Source: Hyphochytrium catenoides
Lineage: Eukaryota > Protista > Hyphochytriomycota
Assembly (NCBI GenBank): GCA_900088475.1
Contig: FLMG01000007.1
Span: forward strand, 1-46,137
Length of the DNA: 46,137 nucleotides
Direction of reading: 5' to 3'
This document shows, in pieces, positions 33,301 through 44,794 of this stretch. The notes below the pieces were generated by a model that worked only from the letters and a program-made list of their open reading frames with translations, made no database searches and was not told the DNA's origin. The translations under genes were made by a program, and so were the position numbers. Positions within the stretch are counted from its first letter, which is position 1. Every line of letters begins with the position of its first letter.

Positions 33301-36300
33301 TTATTTCTTCTGCACGCCTCATTTGTTAACTCTCTTAGACGCTCTTCAAGCAGAAGAGTGCGTTCATTGTAGGTGGATGACAGGCTGTCCAACCTTCTCC
33401 ACGCTTCTCTGAGACGCCTGCCATAGCCCTCGGAGTCCTTTTCTAAGCGCTCCCTAAGCGCCATATTCTGGCGCAGCAGCTCTGCGGCTCTGTGCTCTGC
33501 CTGGTGGAGCAAAAAGCTTAGCGACAAAAGCACCGTGCATCGTACTGAGACGTAGAAAGCAGGATTATTTAAAAGGGTGTCCAGGGCTTACCTGCGCCAA
33601 CAGGAGAGACAAGCGCGCACCGGATCCAACGCTAGTCTGCTCCGAGACATTGTCCTCGATCTCCTGTTCGTCTTGGCCCTTTTTCACCTGTTCTTTCTCA
33701 TCTTCCGAGGTAAGCCTTGCCTTCGTTTTACAGAATTCCTCTTCTGCCTGGCACCCGATCTTCCCTTGCACCTCGATGCCTGGAGGAAGGGCGCTAGACG
33801 GCAATACAGACTCAAAGATGGGCGGTGTCTGGCAACGCTCGTTTTTGCTGCTCAACTCCATCTCTAGGTCTGCAATTATGGCTGAGAGAGATAAACTCTC
33901 TGCACGTTTCTCTACCAGCTCTCGACTTTTCTCCTTTAACTCTGTGCTCAGTGATCTTACTTCTTCCTCCAATGTCTCAGATTTTCTTTGCCTCTGCTTA
34001 AGCTCTCTTTCAAGCGCATCTTTAGCTTCCCGGTCTCGTCTTCCTCTTTCCTCCAGCACTAGGGCACGGTGCTGCCACTGTCGAAGGGTTTTTTCTGCAA
34101 CTTCTAAACGCAGGTGGAAGGACTCCGAAGCTGTGAGAGTTTGGCAGAGAGATTGCAGCAGATTTATGCATTGACTGCAGCTCTGACGTCCATTGCTTTG
34201 CTCTTGATTATAGTTATCCTCCGCAAAAGCCAGAGAAAAGAGGTCAGGCGGGGAAGAGATCGTGCCTGCACTAAATTCTGTTTGTGCCAGGTGGGATTGC
34301 ACCCTCTCTACGGCCGCGGTCTGAAGTCTTAGATGGTCCTCACTAAGTCGGAGAGAAGCTCGCACTCCCTCAAGCTCTGCTTTCAACGTGTCGAGTTCCT
34401 GAGTGAGAGTGGCATTGCGCTTCCTCTCTTCTTCCAGCTCTCCTTCCATCGCGCTCAGCTCTTTTTGTCTCGTTGAGATTGTCTGTTGAACCTCTGCTTT
34501 GAGAGCCTTATTACGCTCTCTTTCAGCCTGATACTTCCCTTCCAGGTCTTGGAGGTCGCACACCAGCGTCTCACACTGCTTCTCGAGCACAGATCTCCAC
34601 TGAAGCCCCTTGTCTCTCTCAGGCCCATTAGTGGAGACCCTTAGGCGCAAGCGCTGTAACTCCAAACCTTGGCTCAATAATTCCTCTCTCCACTTATCTT
34701 GTCTTCCTTTCTCCGTCCTCAGTTCTTGCCTAGCCTTCTCATAGATATCGATTAGCCATTGTTTGAGCTTCTTCCGCTCCTCTCCATCTTGCGCGACGTG
34801 AAATTGATCAAGCTTTCTACTGATTGTCGCCGGTACAGTCAGATGAACTTTGAAGGACTTAGGGGGAGAACCATATCGTTCAACTGAGGCTCTTCCTCTG
34901 TCTTGTTTCTCTTGACGCACTAGTTCCTCTGTCAGCTTCCTTTTCTCCGCCTCTAGAGCCTGAAGGAGTAGCTTCATGGTTGGTGCTGCCTCCTTCAAAC
35001 CGCCCACAGATTCCTCCAGGGTCGGTGCCAGGGCTGAGACGAGGAGCTCGGCATCCTCCTGCGCCCCATACCAGTGGCGAAGCTGCTTTAGGGCAGAGAG
35101 CAAACTATTCCTCTCATTCTGCAACTTCTCTACTTGGTTCTGCAGCTGGATTTTCTTCACCTCCCCTAAGGCTGCGTCTGACTGGAGTGAAGCCACTAAG
35201 TGGGAAAGTTCTCTGACTTTGATGACCAGCAGTCGCACGAGCTCCTCATGGCTGTCTGGGCCTGCGGCTTCGATTCGAAGCCCTTGCGGTCTTGCTTGGC
35301 TTTGCTGCATGGTCCCCAGCAGATTCTGGACCCCACAAAGAAACTTGGCTAGCATCTCCTCCTGCCTCTTGCCCAACTTCTCCCAGAAAGTCTCCCCTTG
35401 TCGGTTGGCGTTGTCCCAGTCTAGAAGTTGTTGCTCATACCGCTCTGTGGACTGTAGGAAGCGCTCCTGCTGCAAGACTAGCTCTTGGTGCATAATCGCG
35501 GTCAATTGCAGTGCTTTCTTCACAGTGCTCCACGCTAAGCGAGACACCAAGTGGCTGCTCTGCAGTGACTCGAAATGACCAGAAGCCAGAGAAGAGGCTG
35601 CTCTAGGTTCGGATATGAACTGAGTTATCCAACCAGAGGCTAAGCTTGGAGCACTGCCGTTAGGAGTACTTTGATGGATAAAGAGCTCTTTCTGGGGTTT
35701 GGGGAGCGTCTCATGGGACTTCTGCGTTGTAGGGCTCTCCTCCGCCTCTGTCCCTAACATGCTTGCCGCTTGAGGCAGGCTGACGGGGGACAGTTCTGTG
35801 ATAAAAACAGATGGCGGATGTGACTTCTGGGCCTTCTGGCTGTGAGAGAGCTTTCTGGCGGTCACAGCGAGCTTCTCTTCCGCGAGAAGAGCTGCCTCCT
35901 GGAACGTCTGAGCTACAGAGCTGAACCGATCTCTCTCCTCTCTGGCATATTGCAACTCAGCCGTTAGCCGGTTGCATTCTTGCTGAGCGTTTCGGAGCTG
36001 CATCTCCAGTTCCTTTCGCTCCTTATCTTTGCTCTCTTGCAACTGTCGGAGTTCCTGTTCTTGTTGACGGAGAGCGGTCGATAAACTGCTCAGCGTCCGA
36101 GATAACAGAAGTTCAAGGTCAAGAACGTCTTCATCCCCCTCCGGTTTGGATATAAACTGCCAGATCCTGGCCCGCATTGTCCGTCTTTCCTGCTCCCGCG
36201 CCCTGAGGAGCTCATCAAGCTTCTGCTTGACCTAGCGTAGCAGTTAGAAGATTGTAGGGCAAGACGGTGCTGCTGGTAACAAATGCCAACCTGTTCTGAT

Positions 36301-36717
36301 CCCTGTTTAGCTTCGAGAGAAGTCTTTGCTTCCACTCGTCTAGCCCTCTGTGAGAAAGAGATATGTAGAAGCAGAGACAAGCCAGATCTCACTTCGTGCT
36401 GCTTATGAAAGCAAACAAGGACGTACCTGGGTTTCATCCTCTTGCAGCTGCTGTATGATCTGATCCTTCTCTCGCAAGAGGGTGAGTACTCTCCGGCTCT
36501 GTAGCTCTTGAAGATGGCGCTCCTTTGTCAGGGCCGCTTCGATCAGCTGCCGCCCTCCATCGCTTCCAGCAGCTTGCAGGGATGCAGTCTTTGACAGCTG
36601 AGTAGCCAGGCGGAGGCATTCCGCCTTTAACCAGGCATTCTCCCTCAAGCAATCCTCCATACCATCCGGCTTGCTCTCCGATTCTGGCTCCATTACACTC
36701 CGGTCTGGACACACCAT
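27355..36717 (-). CDS. Very large (>2000 aa) coiled-coil protein, possibly a centlein-like centriolar/basal-body protein
   Basis: More than 20 exons join in frame by GT-AG splicing from ATG 36717, through a 2.6-kb exon (about 33590-36230), to TAG 27355. The sequence is E/Q/K/R/L-rich heptad throughout. The N-terminal LIEAALTKERHLQELQSRRVLTLLREKDQIIQQL resembles the centlein N-terminal motif as I recall it. The gene is well supported; the family assignment is weak. Confidence 0.72.
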
Positions 36718-37169
36718 TTTTAGTATGACGCATCAGCTCGCCAACCGATGCAAACATGCACTTTACGCTTAACACAGGCCACCAGAAGCGTTAGCCAAGA
36801 TCGATGTAAGAACAGTGCTTCAAGGACTCAAATGTTCTTCCTTTTTGTCCCCTAGATACTAAGCCTAGCTGAATGTCAATAGCATTCCGTTCATTGGAGG
36901 GCTAAGTTCTACCGGTGAGCCGCTGCCGCTGGCGCGGCCTGAAAGTCGCGACTGATATATCTGCTCGCGTCCCTTCCTTTCGCTCGTTTATACATGCAAT
37001 GGTCGGTGATAGTGGATCCTTTGGCTGCCGCTGCCACCATTTATCTTCCTCGCGTGCTGCTGCTCAACCCGTTGTTAGCCTATCAGACGTTCCTCGTACA
37101 GTAGCAGAACGTCAACTCGTTCCCAGGACCTGTCTCATCCCTTTGCAGTCTCCCTCAACTACTCCTCCT

Positions 37170-37342
37170 GAGGCGGTGGCGGTGGCGGCAGTGGCGCTCA
37201 CGCGGCGGACGCCCAGCACCAGCAGCACCAGCAGCAATAGGAGGAGGAGGAGAGAGGAGAGGAGGCAGCTGGCAGGCAGTGCGGGACAGGAGGCGGCAGC
37301 CCGGCATGTGAGCAGGAGCGCAGGAGGAGGAGAGGGAGCTGC
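37170..37342. repeat. Imperfect GC-rich trinucleotide low-complexity tract (GGC/GCA/GGA)
   Basis: ggcggtggcggtggcggcagtggc...cagcaccagcagcaccagcagc...gaggaggaggagagaggagaggagg. Confidence 0.6.
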
Positions 37343-38283
37343 AAACATCAACCAAACTTTTTGAACAAAAAGCAACAAGAGCTGGCGCCGAGTTTATCTC
37401 GAATTCTACCGACCCTCTATCTTCAATTCCCATGACTGCTTTTGAGTAGGACCTACTCTCCTGTGTCCTCCCTCCTCTGTCTCCCTCTGTACAGCTACTA
37501 CTTGTAATAAAGCCTGTAGGTTGTTCTCGGACCCTCTTTGATGCCACGCTTCTCCTTCCATCTCCTGCTCCTGTTGATGCTGATGCCGTGCTAGGCCACA
37601 GGCAGTAGGAAGGAGGAAACAAAGACGATGATTAGTCAGGAAAAAAAGGGATGCAGAGAGGCAAGACCAGTACTTCCTACATGTACGAGTAGAGGTGAGG
37701 CCCAGTGCCTGACAAAAGGTAGCTAACAATGGCAATACCAATATTGGGAAGGAGAGCCGTACCCATTATTAGAGCTCAACAGCAGGCAGGAGACCCGAGA
37801 GGAACATGAGCTAAGCACTAGAGGCGGCGGCCGTGGACACGAGCAGCGCCCTAAGACGCTGGTTGCTGCTCTGGGCCAAGAGGTAGAGTAGTAGGAACAC
37901 AAAGGGAACAGCAATGACGTCCACTATTATGCATTATGGGAAGACATGGTATTCCCTAGGTACGTTAAGCCGTGCAACAATCATAACAAGTAATGATGGT
38001 GATAGTGCAACTAGACGGCAACTCTAGCACCATCGATATTTTCAGTAGACGGTCGCGACGATGTTTAAAAAAAGACATCGAGTCGCTGACGCGTTACCTG
38101 GCGTTTGATAATACAATAGACGGTTCGTCTCCTCACACTTACATGGCCAGCGTTAGGCGCGACTATGCGTTCCAGAAAACAAAATTGTCGCTCTAGCTGG
38201 GCAATGTGATATGGATGGAGAGCCCGAATACATCTTTAGATATCGCCTCGAGCGCAGGTACCCGATACTATCAGGTAATAGCC

Positions 38284-39261
38284 TCATAGCGATATCGTCT
38301 CAGAACTTGAAGATGTAGCGGGTTTTGTCGTCGCACTCGTCGCTGCTGTGGACGTGGAAGAGCCGCCGCTAGATGCCACCTCTCCCTGTCTTGAGTGCAC
38401 CAAACAACGATCATCGGCCTTGGCGAATTTGGAGCAGCCTGCGACTGAGCACCTTGAAGCGTGAAGGACTCCACCGTGTGCCACACACAGACCTCTCCCC
38501 TTACGAGCATACTCCTCGCAGCCGTCGATGGAGCACCGGTTTACCTTGGCACCATGAGCGATACAGACCCCACTCTTCACCGAGCGCTTCTGGCAGCCCG
38601 GAAAATTGCAGCGCTTCACCTTAGCCCCATGCGCTACGCAAACCCCACTCTTCACAGCACGCTTCTGACATGAGCCGACGCTGCAGAGCTTCTTCCTCGC
38701 GCCGTGGCGAATGCAAGCACCACCTTGCTGTGCGTACTTCCCGCACCATTCAACCTTGCACCTCTTTCTCTTAGCTCCCTGAGGTTCGGCACCATTGATC
38801 GTTGCATTACTCGTCACTCCTTTGACTGTTTTCCGACGAGCGGCAACTGTAGAAGACTCACTGCAGGAAAGATCGCTGCTACTCGCACTGAAGTCACCAT
38901 CCCTAGATCTAGGAGATGAGAAAGAATTCAAAGTAGGAAGACTAGTCTGCTGGTAAGCAATAGGCCCTGTCGATGTCATCATCTTGGTGGTCCCATGAAT
39001 CTGCTGGTGCCAGTTTAGGTCTCCAACAGTGTCAGCTGCGTTCCGACTGAATGACTTAAGAGGAGTCAGTCCACCAGTGGTGCTGTTCCGGCTCAATTGA
39101 TGTGCAGGAGAGTGGTGATGGAAAGTTCCCGGAGCTCCCGATATCATCTTTGCTGCTGTCGGTAGCATTTTACTTCCAGCTGAAGGAGCCATACAAGAGG
39201 AGAAGAGCCGATCGGCTGGCCCCATGCCGAAGCTCATAGTGGGGTGCATGCTGCACAGCAT
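38284..39261 (-). CDS. WRKY19-like tandem Cys3His zinc-finger repeat protein (putative transcription factor, no true WRKY domain)
   Basis: Intronless ORF with five tandem C-x4-C-x9/10-C-x2-H repeats (e.g. CSVGSCQKRAVKSGVCVAHG). These are preceded by a basic KRKR signal and a Ser/Thr-rich region. The first ATG is at 39261; the frame is open to 39516. Confidence 0.82.
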   Translation of the reverse strand: MLCSMHPTMSFGMGPADRLFSSCMAPSAGSKMLPTAAKMISGAPGTFHHHSPAHQLSRNSTTGGLTPLKSFSRNAADTVGDLNWHQQIHGTTKMMTSTGPIAYQQTSLPTLNSFSSPRSRDGDFSASSSDLSCSESSTVAARRKTVKGVTSNATINGAEPQGAKRKRCKVEWCGKYAQQGGACIRHGARKKLCSVGSCQKRAVKSGVCVAHGAKVKRCNFPGCQKRSVKSGVCIAHGAKVNRCSIDGCEEYARKGRGLCVAHGGVLHASRCSVAGCSKFAKADDRCLVHSRQGEVASSGGSSTSTAATSATTKPATSSSSETISL

Positions 39262-42200
39262 AGGAATCTTTAGCGACAGTTGAGCGCGAGACACGCTCTC
39301 TTCCGTGCAGCTAGTTGCCGCTTGGGCAGGACTGCGGACGTGAGAAGGAATCGGTAGGAGTCGAGGAAAGCTGAACTCCCAGAGTTTCACACCACTGCTC
39401 TGGAGTGGATTATGAGACACCGCTAGTGGTACTAACCAACCATGTCCTCTACCGAAGAGGAACTGCGTACTTGAAAACCAGGTGATGGGAGCTAGGTAGG
39501 AGAAGGAGGACTTCACCTAGAGGAGAAGACTTGCCGGTGCTGCGCTGTTTCGGTAAGGAAAGAGGTGCGAGCTTGGGGGAATTGAAGAAGTGCTCTTCGA
39601 ATGGTGAGGCGGGCAGCGTAGAGCATGAGGGCGGAGCAGCCGTAAGTGAGGAGCAGCAGCCGCACTCTGCTCATGAGACGTCAGACCTAACCACTTCTCG
39701 TCTGCTGCACGCCTCTGGGGAACGAAGCCAGCAAGCTGATGACATCATCGTCAATCATCAGCAACCTTCTAGAACATTGTTGGCAGCTGCTTGGTGAGAG
39801 AAGGAAACAGGGACAAAGGAGGAAGGGCAGGAAGGAATGAAAGGATGAAGGAAGAGAGAGTCGTGTTGCGGCTGTCTTTCTTGATTGTCCTCTGCTATCC
39901 CCTCCCTTCCCCTCCCAATTATCCTCACCTGCTGGCTGCTTGGCTAATATACAGAAGGGAAGTTGTTTGGCGATGCTGGAGGCCAGCATCCCATCCGAGT
40001 CCATCAGGAAATTTCTAAGATATATTTCACGTTCTTCTGAAGTCTTCAATATGAAGCCCACCCAAGGAACTCTACGAATCATTCAGTTCTCAGTGCGGGA
40101 ATATTTCGGCCTCGTCAGCACAGAAAATGGCGCAGTAAATGGTGTGACGTACCCCTTTTCCATTCTGAACGACACGCGTGCTACCTGTTATTTACTAAGC
40201 GAAACGGACAGAGCCAAGCGAATCGATGCCGAGAATCTGTATTATTACTTCTCGGTCCAGTTGAAGCTCCGAATAATAAAGTAGGCTGCTCCTCGTCCTT
40301 GTGAGGCTCTCTTTCTCCTCTACAAGTATGTAGAATTGGCAGGAAGTGGTTCCAGCTACTCCCTCAACTTGTAAGTAAAGTGAGTACAGATACACACAAA
40401 CTACACCATGGCGAACCAATTCGCATTTGGCCAAGCCTTATTTAGGCCCAGTGCTGCAAGTATGTCTGCATAGACTTAGGAAGGTACCAGTTGGTCAACG
40501 CTTTCCCAACAAATCGTCTGTACTGTCAAGAAAGCATGCAGCAGCACCAGCGGCGTATTTCACAGTTTGAAAGAGTGGTATGTTTCACTTGATACCCCCC
40601 ATTCATCATTTCCCACCACCATCATCATTTCGTGCTTCCCTTTACTCATTATTACGGACTATTGAATTACAAGTACTTCGGATCACTTTACAAACCACTG
40701 GGTAGGCCGTCTCACATGTGCAAAAGTCTTATGTACAACCCATACTTTGGGACCAGCCTGAACCTTTCTTTCAGATAACACTTGCTTTGTATTACAGTCT
40801 AGGAACTAGTCCAAGGCAGCCTTCCAAACCTTTTCGCTCCTTGCGAGTAGAGATATGATTACTCTCTCTCCTGGTGGTGTTCGAAAGTCTCCAATCTTTC
40901 AGAAAAAGATCAAAAAGCCTAACTCTTTCCATTCTCGCCTGTTATCTCCAGTACTTTCTCCTGAAATCGCCGCAATAGGTGGTGTTATTTATCGAAGGGT
41001 ACAGTTGTTCTACCAGGTGTTGACAGGGTTGCCTTTATTGTGCTGTAGCATTCACCCCTCAATCACCAAGATGAACGGGAACATTCAATAGAGATTGTTC
41101 TACTCTCCCCTGCCCTCTGTCCATCTGTCCATAATGATCTGCTGTGACTATCCTTCCACTTCCACGATCCTGTGGACACAAAATCCAGCTGCTGGGGTAG
41201 TGTTTTCTAGAAGCTTCTACGAAGGCTGATAGTCCTATCCATCATTCCCCCGAAAAGATGCCCAAGACATCTGGTCCAAATGGGGCCCAGGTGGAGCAGT
41301 GGTTGGTCGGACAGTCTAGAAGTTTCCACGAGTGCATAAGGGTTTATAAAGTTATGCTGACTGATGATGCCAGAAATCAACAAAGAGTTCATGGCTCATA
41401 GTTTCCAGGAATTATCTTCTTGAAGAGGCTCAACTCTTGACTGATGATCCCTCTTTCTTGATTATCATACAGTACAAATAATAGGTGGTACCTACACTCC
41501 TATCGTCTTGGTCCTGGTACAAGTAAGATGTTGACAACCCTCACAACTTTTATGAAAGAGCCAACCTGTAACTCCACTACCTATAGAAACAGCTGTACGA
41601 CTTGGACGTGGTAAGTGAAGCGCCTGTTGCTGGGTTTACCCTTTATCCACTGTAATGCTGAGAAGATTACTTCGTGTGTTGATTCACGCCTTCGTGACGC
41701 TTTTCTTTGCTGAATGAAGACAACAAACCCAAAAAGTTTTCGAGTACATCTACGCCAAATAATGAAGAACGCCTCCAAAGAGTGAGGCACAAGAGCGCCA
41801 GCCTGGTTAGGGGAGGAGGATGCAGAGTGGTGTAGATTGCCATCAGGATAGGGGGACGTGGAAATCGCGGGATCAACTTCTGCTCTATTTAGAAGGTACG
41901 AATAGAACAGCAGTGTCAGGAAGGGCATCAGTTTCTATCTACTCTACATCCTTGCTGTCGACGATTCTACGCTTGTAGTAGCCTTGTTTTCTGGTCAAAA
42001 GCTTCAAAGCGGCTGCCAAAGGGCGAATACGGTCACCACCTCGCTTACCGCTGTGGCGCCTTATTGTCCCGTCTTCCTCTCTTCCTTTCTGAATCACCAT
42101 GGTCCTTACTGCTCTCCTCCTTCTTGATCGACAATAGCACCCCTGATGATGTCGAGAGTGATCGGAATCCCCCCGTCTCGCTGCTGCTGCTCGTCGTTAA

Positions 42201-43828
42201 AAAGAAGATTTTGAGGGTCAACTTGAGCGCGACCACAAGACGGCGGCGTCGTCCGTCAGTTTGATGGTGTTTTGTGGTGCTGCTACCACCCAGGGTCTAT
42301 CGATCGCGACCACGATAATAGCAAACTGGGCCTGCACTAATCCCTTGTTCCGGTTGGTAAAAGGTAGACCACGCAGAATATATTTTTAGGAAGGACGAGA
42401 GTCGCTAGTGGTTATGAAAAAGGTGCTCCCCGCTGCCCCACTATGCAAAAGCAAAGCTGGAGCGAGGGAGTCCTAAAGAACGTTGGTAATGAGCAAAGTC
42501 CTAGCAAGAAGTTCGGATGATAGCGATAAGGTTCATATATGCGTAGCGAGAGTCGCTAGCGTTGGGCCCAACTATGCCCCGTAGGCCCATCTGGCCTGTG
42601 GCGATGATGATGGGCTATCTAGCGGCGTGTGGCAATGGCCTGATTGAGCTACTTCTACTTAAGTTCTCTTTACTTAGGGCTGAGCAGACAAGAGACAATC
42701 GCTACGTCTGCCGCAGCGATAACTTAGTAGTAGCTATAGAAGACAGGTAGTAGTAGAGGACACGCAGAAGTACGTGCACAGCAGATGGTTTATTAGCACC
42801 AATATCTAGTGTCACATAGGGTCAAGCTTGCCTCTTGCAGCCAAGGTACCAATAGCTCATGCACCAACCTAACGCAGTGCCAAAAATAACAGATGGCTCC
42901 CAGTTCCTTCTTTCCTCGGAAGGACGCGTCCACGATCCTTTTTATATTATTATTTGATTTCGTCGATGGGTGTATGGGTGGTGAGGCCTCCGGTGAGTTT
43001 TCATTGAATGACAGCAGCACCCTCTGTCAGCTTCCATGACTAATATTCACTTATCTTACGCACTGCTGATCATACTAGGTGTGAACGTATTATAATCATC
43101 TCAATCTTTCTAGCAGTGAGCCTTGTAAGGGGATGAAAAAGGGGATGAAAATGTTGAGGTCGGAGGGACTGCATTGCCCCAGAGCATCCATGATGAGGTA
43201 TGTTTATCCTCCTCTTTCTCCTGGCAAGAGCGACGAAGCTAAGAAAAGACCCTTTGATGATTCGTTCAATCCTGTTACTAGAGTGCAGATCTGGTCGTAA
43301 GCATTTGCTATTCAAGCTAACGGATACGTGCGCTTCAAACGTTTGTTATCTCTGAAGGAGTAGCACCATGATAGTCTTTCCCGCTAGGCCCCATGCATTA
43401 CTCGCTTTGTCATCTACCTTCTTCCCGTCCGTCGTTGTTCTCTACTGGGTGCATGTAAGTGCAAATAATGGGGACACATGGCTAAAAGTGCTCAGCAATC
43501 AATGGGCTGATGCCGGCTGACCGTAGCCGCCACTCGCGCAACGGCGCCCACTAGGGGGCAACGTCCTTCAGCAAGAGACAATGAAGAGCGACACATAGTG
43601 CGACAAGGTGAAGTTTAGTTTACTGCCTTAATAGCAGAGCCTCATGGAGGAGATTAATTCTCGGGCCAAGTTCTCGTGGGCGCAACACCAGGCCATCTCA
43701 GAGATAGATAGACAAAGATAGAAGGGATATTGAGATTATCGATTTGTAAAGAAACACGAGCTGCTACCACCGCAGCGAAGAGATGTGTCAATGCACGACG
43801 AGCGCAGGCTCAGCAACAAGCTAAGAGT

Positions 43829-44794
43829 TCAAAACTGACCGCTCCAGTGCCCTGGGAGCAACCCTCCTACCAGCATGATGCCAGCAGTCACAAGTACTGG
43901 TGAGAGCGCAAAAGCGCCGATTTCGCTGATCATTAGGCTCAGGGCCCCTGATTTCTGTGTAGTGCCAGTGGGAGTTAGAGGTCCTCCAGTCCCAGGGCTG
44001 GTGGCATCGTTTCCTGGAGCACGAGGACCGAAATTTCCTTCTTGTTTGGCCACGAAATCTCTCTGAGACTTGCAGAGGGTTTCACTCTGGTTGGTCTTTT
44101 TTAGTCCTAAATAAGTTAGAGGATATCCGACGTTCTTCAACACAGCTACGGAAGCATTGTATGCTGCATCTGAGATGCTCGGCGAGCGGGACAAGATGTA
44201 AGCAAAATAGCCACAGGGCGAGCCCACAACCGCAACATCGGAGCCCGACGCGTCGTCCTTAGTGATATTGAGAACAAGGTAGTTGGCTCCGCCAGGATAA
44301 AGGAGCTCCTCTTCTTTTCGGAGCTGGCTCATCGCTGGATTATTGTCGAAGGTAACTGCAAGCGCAGCCGTAGTGTTTCCGAGTGGAAGAGTCATATTGC
44401 CGGTAGAGCGGACACTGGTGTTTGACGACGCCCTAAGACAGGCATTGCTCAGTAGAAACAAGCCGTCCTTTGACTCGTACTTGTAAGTCGCAGTGGTGCA
44501 AGCGCAGTCCGCCTGAAACGCGGACCGCATGATGAGGGTGTTTGCAATTTCGTACCACGTTCCCTGGTACTCCGAGGCATTGAAGTTTAGGATCACATCC
44601 TGGTAAGGGCAGCTGTACAATGCACCGCTGCTCTGGCCTCCCGGTACCATCAGTAAAATCAAAAATCCTCCCATTACAGCCCCACGCAGCACCTGTGCCG
44701 CAACTCCTCCTATCCTACTGCTTGACCACCACCCGAAAGAAGACGCATTTCCTTGTTTGCAGTTACTGCCGCTAAAAGTGATGAAGGTCGTCAT
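43829..44794 (-). CDS. Lipocalin with signal peptide and C-terminal hydrophobic (GPI-like) anchor
   Basis: Intronless. It has SCR1 FNASEYQGTWYEIA, CACTTATY, NYLVL, VAVVGSP, SCR3 YILSRSP and terminal TNQSETLC, followed by a Pro/Gly/Thr linker, KSGA and a hydrophobic tail. In-frame ATGs lie at 44794 and 44674. Confidence 0.88.
   Translation of the reverse strand: MTTFITFSGSNCKQGNASSFGWWSSSRIGGVAAQVLRGAVMGGFLILLMVPGGQSSGALYSCPYQDVILNFNASEYQGTWYEIANTLIMRSAFQADCACTTATYKYESKDGLFLLSNACLRASSNTSVRSTGNMTLPLGNTTAALAVTFDNNPAMSQLRKEEELLYPGGANYLVLNITKDDASGSDVAVVGSPCGYFAYILSRSPSISDAAYNASVAVLKNVGYPLTYLGLKKTNQSETLCKSQRDFVAKQEGNFGPRAPGNDATSPGTGGPLTPTGTTQKSGALSLMISEIGAFALSPVLVTAGIMLVGGLLPGHWSGQF

Noticed and set aside
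34976-35578. 200-aa plus-strand ORF, and similar ones at 33650-34174, 31969-32436 and 18090-18638
   Set aside because: These are antisense shadows of real exons, with the Ser/Cys/Leu-rich composition expected from reverse-complemented codons.
3100-36717. Alternative genetic code or stop-codon readthrough as the cause of fragmented ORFs
   Set aside because: Every in-frame stop examined falls inside an intron with normal splice signals, and the conserved genes splice into uninterrupted frames under the standard code.
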